A DNA stretch of 64,000 nt, taken from the NCBI GenBank assembly GCA_964621615.1, contig CAZUMW010000003.1, positions 19,914-83,913 on the forward strand. The letters are read 5' to 3'. Within the stretch, counting starts at the first letter, position 1; each line of letters begins with the position of its first letter. Below, in pieces: positions 39,336-48,718 of this stretch. The notes under the pieces are model-generated. The model saw only the letters and a list, made by a program, of their open reading frames with translations. It had not been told where the DNA came from and did not search any database. The position numbers were made by a program, and so were the translations under genes. This DNA comes from an uncultured Thermodesulfobacteriota bacterium (GTDB lineage Bacteria > Desulfobacterota > WTBG01 > CAIYCZ01 > CAIRTM01).

Positions 39336-42302
39336 TCACTCGCAGGTATGGTATACAGACACCCCCCGTCTTTCGAGCTCGGGAATATATACTGTGCAGG
39401 ATGCCGTGTTTAATTCGTTGTCGCGCACAGATACTGTGTCACCGGTGCTTAAGCCGGAGTTTGCCGTAAGGACGTAAATGTCTGCTATCTGATTGTTATC
39501 CAGGTAAAGATACTGCAGGTTCAGAAGTTCGGAAAGCGCGCTGATGTCCGCTATCCGGTTGTCCTGCACATAAAGGTATCTCAGATTTACCAGTGCGGAA
39601 AGCGGGCCTATGTTTGCTATCCGGTTATATTCCAGGCTAAGCCAGTACAGGTTAACCAGCCTGGAAAGCGCGCTGATGTCCGCTATCCGGTTGTCCTGCA
39701 CGTAAAGGAACCTCAGGTTCTCAAGCCATGAAAGCGGGCTGATGTCTGCTATCTGATTGTTGTCCAGGTAAAGATACTGCAGCTTCGCCAGTACTGAAAG
39801 CGGACAGATATTTTGTATCTGATTGTTCCCCAGGGTAAGGGACTGGAGGTTTGCAAGCGCTGAAAGCGGGCTGATGTCTGCTATCTGATTGTTATCCAGG
39901 TAAAGGGTCTGCAGGTTCCTCAGTCCTGAAAGAGCGCCTATGTCTGCGATCTGGTTGTTCCCCGCTGTAAGGTAGCGCAGATTCGCAAGCCCAGTCAGCG
40001 GGCGTATGTCTGATATCCGGTTTTCATTCAGGACAAGCCTCTGGAGGTACACAAGCGCTGAAAGCGGGCTGATGTCTGCTATCTGATTGTCAGCCAGGAC
40101 AAGCCTCTGAAGATTCACACAATACTCAATCCCCGCGATGTTCGAAATACCCTGCGAAGATGCATACAGTGTTGTAATCGATAGCAGATCGCTGCTGAAA
40201 ATATCTTCACCCTCATGTTTCCCTGTCGCATCCCGTATTGCCGCTTCCAGGGCGGGATCGGGAAACGCAACCGATTCATCAGCGCAATAATTGTTCACGG
40301 AGACACCCCGCTCCTCCAGCTCAGGTATGTACATCCAGCAGGAGGCCGGGCTTAACGGATTGATGCTCAAATCGATCACATCGCCCGAACCTATGCCGGA
40401 ATTTTCAACAAGACTGCGGATGTCCGTTATCTGATTAAAGCTCAAGCGAAGCGTCTGCAGGTTGACAAGCCTTGACAGCGCGCTGATGTCTGCTATCTGA
40501 TTGTGATATAGGTTCAGGTACTGCAGGTTCTCAAGCCCCGCCAGTGGGCGTATGTCGGGTATGTGATTGTTGAGTAAGCTAAGGTTCTGCAGGTTTATAC
40601 AATACTCAATCCCTGTAATGTCTGTAATACCCTGTGAGGATGCATACAGCGTTGTAACCGATAGCAGATCGCTGCTGAAAATATCTTCGTCTTCATATTT
40701 CCCTATCACATCCCGTATCACCCCTTCCAGAGCGGGATCGGAAAACTCAACCGATTCGTCAGCGCACAAATGGTGTACCCTCACCCCCTGTGCCTCCATT
40801 TCAGGTATATACAGCCAACAGGAAGCCGGGCTTAACGGGTTGTACTCCAAATCGATCACATCGCCCGGATTTATACCGGGATTTTCTGTAAGGGCGTAAA
40901 TGTCTGCTATCTGATTGTCCGCCAGGATCAGCGTCTGTATATTAACCAGCTTTGAAAGGGTGCCGATGTCTGTTATCTGATTGTAGTGCAGGTAAAGCGT
41001 CTGCAGGTTGGCAAGCCCTGACAGCGCGCGTATATGTGCTATCCGGTTGTGAGCCAGGTGAAGCGTCTGCAGATTCGTCAGCCTTGAAAGCATGTAAATA
41101 TCTGCTATCTGATTGCCTGTCAAGATAAGCGTCTGCAGGTTGACAAGGCCTGACAGCGCACATATGTCTGAAATCCGGTTGTAGTGAAGGTACAGGATGT
41201 TCAGCTTCACAAGCCCTGACAGCGCGCTGATGTCTGCTATCTGGTTGTCAGCCAGATGAAGCGTCTGCAGGTTCACACAATACTCAATCCCTGTAATGTC
41301 CGAAATACCCTGTGAATTTGCATGCAGGGTTGTAATCGATAGCAGATCGCTGATGAAAATATCTTCATCTTCATGTTTCCCTATCGCATCCCGTATCACC
41401 GCTTCCAGCGCAGGATCGGGAAACTCAACCACCTGATCGCCATCCCCTCCAGGCAGGGCGGAGGTTGTTGCAGGAGAGCCGCCGCCGTCTCCACCCGGCG
41501 GCACGGCAGTGGTTGTGGTTGTAGTGGTCACAGGAGAGCTGCCGCCGCCTCCGGATGAGGCGGTGGTGGTCGAGCTTGATTCAATGACTGTCGTGGTAGT
41601 CGGCACAGGCGTTTCTTTGCCTGATTCCACAGCAACATTTACCGAATCATACGCTTTTGAGCCATCAGCACCCGTAGCTGTAATCATGTATGTTGTGGTT
41701 TCTCCCGGAGACACCTCGATGCTGCCCGAGGTCCCCACCTCGCCTATGCCCTGATCTATGGATGCGGCGACAGCATTGTCCGATGTCCAGCTGAGCGTCG
41801 ATGTCCCCCCTTTTTCTATTGTGAGGGGATCCGCGCTGATACGTACCGAGAGCTCAGCGGGAGGCGCTTTCGGCGCCCCGGCCACAGCGAAATTGCAGCT
41901 GATCGTCTTTTGAAAAACCCCGAGGCGGATTTGTTGCGGATTGTTTGACCTGCACTCATTGCTGTTAGCGGATGTGTACTCCACAATGTAATTGCCCGCC
42001 CGGAGGTTTGAAAAGGAGTATTCACCGTCGCTTTCTGTCGTTGCAGTATCTATTTTGACCGGGAATATGAAAAAGATTAATTTTTCAAGTGATATTTCTG
42101 CCCCGGAAAGGCCCTCCTCCTGCAGATCCATCCGGCCGTTTTCGTTCTCGTCAATGAAACAATAGCCTGAGATCTGTCCCCGTAACAGTGGTTGGGAGGA
42201 TATGTCTCGGCTGTCGGCGCCGTAGAGGGTGAGCGGCAACAACACGGCTGAAACCACTGCGGTACAAAGGAAATATTTTATTGTGTGAGCTTTAATAATC
42301 AT
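39336..42302 (-). CDS. Secreted internalin-like LRR protein with SdrD B-like and Ig-like domains and three capped LRR modules
   Basis: FIDENENG..EEGLSG (SdrD B-like), Thr/Gly linker, three FxDPALE caps, nineteen 22-aa LRRs. Confidence 0.93.
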   Translation of the reverse strand: MIIKAHTIKYFLCTAVVSAVLLPLTLYGADSRDISSQPLLRGQISGYCFIDENENGRMDLQEEGLSGAEISLEKLIFFIFPVKIDTATTESDGEYSFSNLRAGNYIVEYTSANSNECRSNNPQQIRLGVFQKTISCNFAVAGAPKAPPAELSVRISADPLTIEKGGTSTLSWTSDNAVAASIDQGIGEVGTSGSIEVSPGETTTYMITATGADGSKAYDSVNVAVESGKETPVPTTTTVIESSSTTTASSGGGGSSPVTTTTTTTAVPPGGDGGGSPATTSALPGGDGDQVVEFPDPALEAVIRDAIGKHEDEDIFISDLLSITTLHANSQGISDITGIEYCVNLQTLHLADNQIADISALSGLVKLNILYLHYNRISDICALSGLVNLQTLILTGNQIADIYMLSRLTNLQTLHLAHNRIAHIRALSGLANLQTLYLHYNQITDIGTLSKLVNIQTLILADNQIADIYALTENPGINPGDVIDLEYNPLSPASCWLYIPEMEAQGVRVHHLCADESVEFSDPALEGVIRDVIGKYEDEDIFSSDLLSVTTLYASSQGITDITGIEYCINLQNLSLLNNHIPDIRPLAGLENLQYLNLYHNQIADISALSRLVNLQTLRLSFNQITDIRSLVENSGIGSGDVIDLSINPLSPASCWMYIPELEERGVSVNNYCADESVAFPDPALEAAIRDATGKHEGEDIFSSDLLSITTLYASSQGISNIAGIEYCVNLQRLVLADNQIADISPLSALVYLQRLVLNENRISDIRPLTGLANLRYLTAGNNQIADIGALSGLRNLQTLYLDNNQIADISPLSALANLQSLTLGNNQIQNICPLSVLAKLQYLYLDNNQIADISPLSWLENLRFLYVQDNRIADISALSRLVNLYWLSLEYNRIANIGPLSALVNLRYLYVQDNRIADISALSELLNLQYLYLDNNQIADIYVLTANSGLSTGDTVSVRDNELNTASCTVYIPELERRGVSVYHTCE

Positions 42303-42475
42303 TTTTTTGCATTGCGGAATGAAGCTGTGACATTGACTTGTCAGCAGCAGCCTGCGGCGCGCTTGTGCTGCCGGTAATTAAATAAAAATTAAGATCGCGG
42401 GGGCACAGCTCTGAAACGTTGAGCGCGTTCGATATCCTGCAGCAAGCACCGTGCAGTCATGCAGTATAGCTTTTG

Positions 42476-43753
42476 TTAGTGGAGCTCATCGTACAGTATG
42501 TTTGGCAAGGAATCATATTGAGAGGTTACGTTATTGTACATGCCGGTCCAGTCACCATCTGCGGGAGCGCTGAGCGCACCGTCCGCGTTGGTGTCGCCAC
42601 CGTGAAGATCGTCCTTATATGAAGTAAAATATACTCCCTGCGCATCGTGATTGTGAATATTGCCGTAATGGATTATTTCGCTATCCCGCATAAATTTAAC
42701 AATGACGTTGGGAGCAAGAGTAAGCGATGCGGTTTCTTCCACCCAAAGGTCGTTATCGTCAACCACAAACGGCACCTCTTTTTCCTCCCAGGATACCCGG
42801 GACACAAAACGATGCGGATAATCCAGAAATATGCCGTTGTAGGTATTTTTTCGGGAGGAATTGTCAGGGTCATGGAAGCTGTTTGACGCATTGAGGTCAA
42901 AGGTGGTGTTAATGAACAGCGGCTTTGTGTTGTCATAGAAAATGCAATTTTTAATTATTGTCCCGGCAGCAGCATCGGATGCATCGAGCGCTCCGGCTGT
43001 CAGCCCGTCATTGCCGGCGAATGTGCAGTTGTCCAGCGTGGCCCGGGCATCCCATATTTCCATAGCGGTGTCAGCATAGGAGAACCGGCAGTGAGAAAAA
43101 ACAGACCCGCTTGACTGAATAAATACCCCGGACCAGTCACCGGATACCGGAGCGGTATTGGAGCCGTCACTGTTTGTGTCGCCTCCCCACTCATCATCAC
43201 AGTACGTTGTCCACACTATGGGGTGAGCTGCTGTTCCGTTTGCCAGAATGGTTCCGGCATTCCCCACGCTCAGCGCGGGTCCCTCGTCCGGGTCAAATTT
43301 AATAATGGCCCCGGGCTCGATTTCAAGCGTGGCGTTTACCCAGCAGTCCCATGCTTTTATCACATATATGGTGCATTTTTCCCAGGTGGTATTTGTTTCG
43401 ATGTCCTGAGTAACTTCAACGACGGGTGGCGGATCTATAGTAATGGTTATGGCAGCCTTGCCGATTTCACCGTTTGTGTTTGTTGCGGTCAGCGTTATGT
43501 CATGTGTCCCCGGAGAAAGGCTGCTTTTGGTAAAATCGGTGCCTGTGCCAAGCAGCCCGTCAAGCGATGATTCCCACACCATATTTTCTGTTATATCGCC
43601 GTCCGCCTGGTCTATTGCTTTGCCGGAAAAGAATATCTCTTCACAGTAGCTGTAGCGGTCCAGCGGCTGAGGCGAAATGATCACGGTCAATGGTTTGCAT
43701 CCGGCCGTCAGCGCTATTGAAAAAAGTAAAAAAGCAGCATATTTTTTCAGCAT
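42476..43753 (-). CDS. Lipoprotein with Ig-like domain and right-handed beta-helix repeats
   Basis: Lipobox AGC; WESSLDGLLGTG; ATLEIEPGAIIKF; duplicated DD..GGDTN.DG....P..GDW. Confidence 0.85.
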   Translation of the reverse strand: MLKKYAAFLLFSIALTAGCKPLTVIISPQPLDRYSYCEEIFFSGKAIDQADGDITENMVWESSLDGLLGTGTDFTKSSLSPGTHDITLTATNTNGEIGKAAITITIDPPPVVEVTQDIETNTTWEKCTIYVIKAWDCWVNATLEIEPGAIIKFDPDEGPALSVGNAGTILANGTAAHPIVWTTYCDDEWGGDTNSDGSNTAPVSGDWSGVFIQSSGSVFSHCRFSYADTAMEIWDARATLDNCTFAGNDGLTAGALDASDAAAGTIIKNCIFYDNTKPLFINTTFDLNASNSFHDPDNSSRKNTYNGIFLDYPHRFVSRVSWEEKEVPFVVDDNDLWVEETASLTLAPNVIVKFMRDSEIIHYGNIHNHDAQGVYFTSYKDDLHGGDTNADGALSAPADGDWTGMYNNVTSQYDSLPNILYDELH

Positions 43754-44018
43754 GACTCCCCCCTGTCATATGTGTTTAACAGTTGCCGGAAAAGGCTAAC
43801 ATATTCCTGCACCCCCCTATTTAAAAAATATAGAAAATATATTTTATATGTCAATCAAAGATTATTTTTTATTTTAATTTGTTAAATTTAAAACATAGAT
43901 GAGCGCCCATTTATATGCAGTCCAAAAAGAAACGGAGGAATAAACGCTATTGTCGGGGTGATTGGTCGATTGCCGGGTGACAAAATAACCGTATAGCCCT
44001 GTGCAGTCCAGAAGGACC

Positions 44019-44249
44019 AGGGGCACATCTTCATATGTCAGATTATTACTTGGGGAATTTTATCGGTCTTGAAAATAGGGCGCTGTTCATTGCCTTTGGA
44101 TAGGACATGATAGTAGGTTTCGGGATAATCTATGCGAAGTGGCCGTGGTGGCGCTTCAATGCGTAGTACTGTGCGCGGCCGGCTAATACTTGCCGATCGT
44201 TATATGACATATGAAGATGTGACCCCTTTTTCCCTGACCCCTTTTTCCC
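44019..44249. mobile_element. Non-autonomous TIR-bounded element carrying a Y1 (RAYT/TIRYT-like) transposase remnant
   Basis: Inverted repeats 44019-44040 and 44205-44227 (one indel); 15-nt tandem duplication TGACCCCTTTTTCCC at 44220-44249. Confidence 0.8.
44059..44148 (-). pseudogene. N-terminal fragment of a Y1/HUH (REP-associated-type) transposase
   Basis: Translates PRPLRIDYPETYYHVLSKGNEQRPIFKTDK, resembling the family start M(P/A)RPLRI.YPGA.YHV.SRGN.R..IF. Confidence 0.8.
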
Positions 44250-44274
44250 TTTTTCCCTCATTTGAACATTCCCG

Positions 44275-45120
44275 TCAGCGCCTTCTTTTGAACAGCCTTT
44301 TGCGCTCCCCCGGCTTTTTCAGCCGCTTTCCGAATTTTCCGCCGGTTATAAGCTGGACTATGTTTTTACACTCTATGTAATCTTCAGGTATTTCAAATAG
44401 CCGTTCATCAGGCACTTTTTTCTGTATGTTCGTGAATCGTACCCTTGTTGTACCCTCCACGCCTTTTGCCGTAGTAAAATCATTGATTATTTTAATCGGA
44501 AACCGGTTCAGCTCCTGTGCAAGCCATGCATGGATGTCACATTTCATGCCGCTGGCAAGTGTCATGACAAGGTGTATTTTTTCACACGTATAGCCGTCCA
44601 GAGTTTCTGTGCCCAGCTTTTCCTTGTGCTCTATTTTTGCACGTTTGTCATCATAGCGTTCTTTCATTTCGCCCAGCAGCTCACGGGTTCGCTCCGGATC
44701 GAGCTCCATGTAGGTTTTTTTTGCAGGAAGGACGAGGTAGGCCTCCTTTTCAAGGGGATAGCGGAGCATGTAGGAACCGCTTAGCATGACCGGCTTTTCG
44801 GCCCAGGGAATGTCAAGCGTGCTTTTATTATCGATGCGCACGCCGGTGATGCTTTTCTTGTAGACACGTGAGTCTGTGGTGACAGTTGCTCCCAGCGTTT
44901 TTGTCGCGGTCGACATATCGGCAACAAGCGACACATTGACCGTTTCCCAGTCCAGATAGCCGGTCACTTTTTCCAGGTTCAGATCGACCCCCAGCGTTTT
45001 CAGCGCTTCTTCAGCACCGTACTGTTCGAGCTTTTTACCGATGTCCCCAAGGTCGAAACACCGGCCGGTAGCGGGAATGAGCAGCAGCATAAAAAGCACT
45101 GTTCCGATCCATTTTTTCAC
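44275..45120 (-). CDS. DUF4412-like secreted protein
   Basis: GTG start after GGAGG; KKTYMEL, LGTETLDGYTCEK, WLA.EL.RFPIK, LFEIPEDY. Confidence 0.8.
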   Translation of the reverse strand: MKKWIGTVLFMLLLIPATGRCFDLGDIGKKLEQYGAEEALKTLGVDLNLEKVTGYLDWETVNVSLVADMSTATKTLGATVTTDSRVYKKSITGVRIDNKSTLDIPWAEKPVMLSGSYMLRYPLEKEAYLVLPAKKTYMELDPERTRELLGEMKERYDDKRAKIEHKEKLGTETLDGYTCEKIHLVMTLASGMKCDIHAWLAQELNRFPIKIINDFTTAKGVEGTTRVRFTNIQKKVPDERLFEIPEDYIECKNIVQLITGGKFGKRLKKPGERKRLFKRRR

Positions 45121-45135
45121 GCAGCCTCCTTTGGG

Positions 45136-45175
45136 CAGCATTATTGCCGGACAGGCTTCGCTTTGTCCGGCCTAC
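45136..45175 (-). repeat. GTAG-type REP palindrome, copy 2
   Basis: Minus strand GTAG-GCCGGACA-AAGCGAAGCC-TGTCCGGC-AATAATGCTG. Confidence 0.8.
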
Positions 45176-45375
45176 AGCTGGTCTTGGCTTGACTCACCAT
45201 TTGGCATTAATTTGAAAGGGGGCGGGAGGGATTTTACCTCCATCAGCCCGGCGAAGCCGAAAACGCAAAGTACGGCATTACACATTCCAATAACCTGTAG
45301 AGTAGAAAACTATTCAGTAACTAAGAACGAACCCGTTAAAATCAATGGTGTTCGGTTGCAGATTTTCAATCCGGA

Positions 45376-46482
45376 TCACAGATATATAAGTGAGGCAAAA
45401 AACGTATCGTAAAATTCTTTGAAGCGGTTGTTTTTAACAGCGTCGCGCATATCTCTGCAGAGGGAGAGGTAATAATGAATGTTGTGGATCGTCATCAGAA
45501 TTACGGCGGTAATTTCATTTGCCATGAAGAGATGACGGATATAGGAGCGCGAAAAATGTCTGCAGGTATAGCAGGCGCAGGTCTCATCGATCGGCCGCAT
45601 GTCATCCCGGTGGCATGCGTTTTTTATGCGCAGCCGGCCCTCGCGGTAGAAACACATGCCTGTCCGGGCGCAGCGGGTGGGCAGCACACAGTCAAACATA
45701 TCGATGCCGAAGCTTACTGCGCGGACGATGTCTTCGGGGAATCCGATGCCCATGAGATAGCGGGGCTTGCCGGCGGGAAGCAGCGATGCGGCATATTTGA
45801 TAACCGGGTAGCTTTCCTGCATGTTTTCCCCGACCGAAAAGCCGCCGAGGGCATAGCCCGGCAGATCAAGTGAGATAAGGGACTCGGCGCTTTGCCGGCG
45901 GAGATCGTTGTGCAGGCCGCCCTGTACAATGCCGAACAGTGAAGATTCGGGGCTGGACCACGCAGCGCGCGATTTTTCTGCCCAGAGCGCGCTGCGGCGT
46001 ACGGCAGCTGCGATATCTTTTTTTGCGGCATCGGCGGGTGGGCATTCATCAAGCTGCATCATAATATCCACGCCGAAGCTCTCCTGTGTTTTCACCACAT
46101 TCTCAGGCGTGAAAACAAAAGTAGAGCCATCGATGTGTGATTTAAACGATACCCCTTCGTCTGACACGCTGCGCAGATCGGCAAGGGAATACACCTGATA
46201 GCCGCCCGAGTCGGTCAGGATGGGGCCGTCCCAGGCAATATAGTTGTGCAGGCCGCGGGCTTTTGAAATAATGTCGCATCCCGGGCGCAGAAACAGATGG
46301 TAGGTGTTGCCCAGGATGATGCCGGCGCCAAGATCTGAAAGGTCGCGCGGAGTGAGGGCTTTTACCGTGCCCTGAGTCCCGACCGGCATGAACACCGGTG
46401 TTTCGACGACCCCGTGCGGGAGCGTTAATGTACCTGTCCGGGCACCGGTGTTGCTGTCTGATGTGGTGCAGATAAAATCCAT
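45376..46482 (-). CDS. tgt: tRNA-guanine(34) transglycosylase
   Basis: TPVFMPVGT, NTYHL, TDSGG, GIVQGG, DMFDCVLPTR, CxCxxC..H zinc site. Confidence 0.97.
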   Translation of the reverse strand: MDFICTTSDSNTGARTGTLTLPHGVVETPVFMPVGTQGTVKALTPRDLSDLGAGIILGNTYHLFLRPGCDIISKARGLHNYIAWDGPILTDSGGYQVYSLADLRSVSDEGVSFKSHIDGSTFVFTPENVVKTQESFGVDIMMQLDECPPADAAKKDIAAAVRRSALWAEKSRAAWSSPESSLFGIVQGGLHNDLRRQSAESLISLDLPGYALGGFSVGENMQESYPVIKYAASLLPAGKPRYLMGIGFPEDIVRAVSFGIDMFDCVLPTRCARTGMCFYREGRLRIKNACHRDDMRPIDETCACYTCRHFSRSYIRHLFMANEITAVILMTIHNIHYYLSLCRDMRDAVKNNRFKEFYDTFFASLIYL

Positions 46483-46705
46483 TGTTATGAGGTCAGAGAT
46501 ATGTGTAATTTGGCAATTGACAGGGAACCATATGCGGCGGGCACCGGTCTGCTTTGCCTTGGAAAGCATAATACCAAAAAAGCGGGCCGGGAATCAAGCA
46601 CGCGTATCTATAAGGATACACGGTAACATGATTTCGAATACAGTGAAGCCGGCACCCCTGCCAGCGGGGGGATAGATGTGCAAGCGGAGCTGCCGGAGCG
46701 TACTG

Positions 46706-46909
46706 TTATAACGATTGCAGCAGTGGCGATTTTTTGTCATCAACAGCACTGAATGGGTGCTCTGCTGTTTTTTTCGCTGCGGGTGTGTAGGGGGCTCTCT
46801 GAGCATCCTGCAGGCTGAGCGTAGCGGACAGATTCAGGTTGTGATCTCCCGGTTTTTCAAGCAGCGCGCATGCTGCAAAAGCAGCTGCAATAATAAGTAT
46901 CTTTTTCAT
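46706..46909 (-). CDS. Small hypothetical exported protein
   Basis: MKKILIIAAAFAACALL signal-like start; short. Confidence 0.35.
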   Translation of the reverse strand: MKKILIIAAAFAACALLEKPGDHNLNLSATLSLQDAQRAPYTPAAKKTAEHPFSAVDDKKSPLLQSL

Positions 46910-47233
46910 GGGCATACCTTTCTGTAACATGTCTATATATTGTAGTATATTTCTTTTTAAATTCAATATGTAGTATTTTTAATTAACAAAAAAAAACTTT
47001 TAGGTGTCCTGCAGTTCCATGAACCACAGACTTATACACAAGTATTGCACATGGGTGTGACAGATGAGGTCACAAGGGGGAATTTTTTTTATCTTTGGTG
47101 GCGTCAAGGCTATATGATAGTATAAAAATAAACAATCTTTTATTATTAAATTTGATATAATATCAATATAATTTTTGCTATAAACTTTGAATATGCGGAA
47201 CAACTTTTTAAAAAACCAGCATGGTATTGGTTC

Positions 47234-48583
47234 ATGAATCGCATTTTTCAGATAAGCAAATATGTTCTTCTGGTCGGGTTGCCCTGTGTGCTGGGAGTAT
47301 GCCTTCTGGTACGGCAGCGCTATCCCGATATAGAAGCCGCTCAGTGGGTATTTGTCATCGCACTGGCCGGGTTTGTGGGGATCAGCACCAACACCATAGC
47401 CATCAGGATGCTGTTTCGCCCCAAAGAGCCGACGTTTTTCGGCAGGCAGGGTATCATTCCGAAAAACAAGATCCGCATTGCACAGAAGATCGCCGATGAA
47501 ACCGAAAAGCGGCTGCTCAATGTTGAAACCATTATGGTTCACATTGAAAAGGGGAGGGTAATCGAGGAAACCGTGGGCACATTCTCCCGGGCTCTTGAAC
47601 AATATCTCGCAGATCCTGAAAACAGAAAAACAATAGCCGATACGATACGAAAGTATTATGCCGCGTATGCAGACAGCCTGTTTACCTGGGCAACCACCGC
47701 CAGCGAGCGGTACCTTGCCGATCTGATCGGGAAACAGCTTACCGTGGAAACGGTCTGGAGCTGGATCAAGCCCCGGCTCAAGACCTTTTTTGAATCACCG
47801 GGGCTCAGGGAACGTGCATCCCGGTGGATTATCGACAATCTGACGCGCAGGATACCTGAGATAGCCGATATGCTTTCCGCGATGCTTGATCGCTATATCG
47901 ACAATCAGGTCCGGTGGAAGCGAACGCTTTTGAAAGTGGTAAAGGAAGTTTCCGGCGTCAGAAAAGAGATTATTGCAGACACCATCCGAGACATTCTCAA
48001 CAGCCCGGAAACCTACCACTATATCGTGAAAATTGTCGAACAGAATCTGGATAACATCGAGGAATATTTCGAACAGCCCGATATCCAGCAGAAAATAGAA
48101 CGGATGCACCATACCCTGAAAACCTATTTCCTCCAGACCACACGGGAAAAAGCCATCCCCTGGGCGCGCCAGCGGATCGACAGCTTTCTTGAGAGCGAAC
48201 AGTCCTGGGTGATTATCGACCGGTATATGGTTCGGGTGCTGAATTCGCTTTCAAGCGCGTTTAAAGCATATCTCCAGCGCCCCGAGCATGTTGAAACCAT
48301 CCGCAGGTTTATCCCCGGCGTTATCGACAAGTTAAATATTACACAAATTGTTAAGGAAAACATTGAGGGACAGGATACGGAAGAATTCGAGCGAATGATT
48401 ATGAAAATGACCGGTGAAAATTTTGCTGCAATCGAAGCGCTGGGCGGTATTCTGGGTATGCTGGCCGGTCTTGCGATCAAAGCGCCCCTGTTTCTCATCA
48501 TTTTGCCGTCGGGCATTGCGGCATTTCTGGGTGTGGAATATGTGCTGATGAAGATTAAAAAAATATTCTTGGATCGCCGGTAG
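47234..48583 (+). CDS. DUF445-family membrane-anchored protein
   Basis: GISTNTIAIRMLFRP, QGIIPK, C-terminal GGILGMLAG. Confidence 0.85.
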   Translation: MNRIFQISKYVLLVGLPCVLGVCLLVRQRYPDIEAAQWVFVIALAGFVGISTNTIAIRMLFRPKEPTFFGRQGIIPKNKIRIAQKIADETEKRLLNVETIMVHIEKGRVIEETVGTFSRALEQYLADPENRKTIADTIRKYYAAYADSLFTWATTASERYLADLIGKQLTVETVWSWIKPRLKTFFESPGLRERASRWIIDNLTRRIPEIADMLSAMLDRYIDNQVRWKRTLLKVVKEVSGVRKEIIADTIRDILNSPETYHYIVKIVEQNLDNIEEYFEQPDIQQKIERMHHTLKTYFLQTTREKAIPWARQRIDSFLESEQSWVIIDRYMVRVLNSLSSAFKAYLQRPEHVETIRRFIPGVIDKLNITQIVKENIEGQDTEEFERMIMKMTGENFAAIEALGGILGMLAGLAIKAPLFLIILPSGIAAFLGVEYVLMKIKKIFLDRR

Positions 48584-48586
48584 AGG

Positions 48587-48623
48587 GTAGGCCGGACAAT
48601 TGTTTGTCCGGCAATAATAACTG
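48587..48623 (+). repeat. GTAG-type REP palindrome, copy 3
   Basis: GTAG-GCCGGACAA-TTGT-TTGTCCGGC-AATAATAACTG, 3 nt after a stop codon. Confidence 0.8.
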
Positions 48624-48718
48624 CCGGCCTAGGACAGCATATCTGGAGGTTTTTTGACTTTTTGATATATGAGGAAGATATGAAAAAAATTACTTTTGAT
48701 TCGAAAATGGACAAAAAG

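Noticed and set aside
39440-41280. 66-nt periodic repeats resembling a CRISPR array
   Set aside because: They are in-frame 22-aa LRR coding repeats; the intervening sequences are homologous and no cas genes are present
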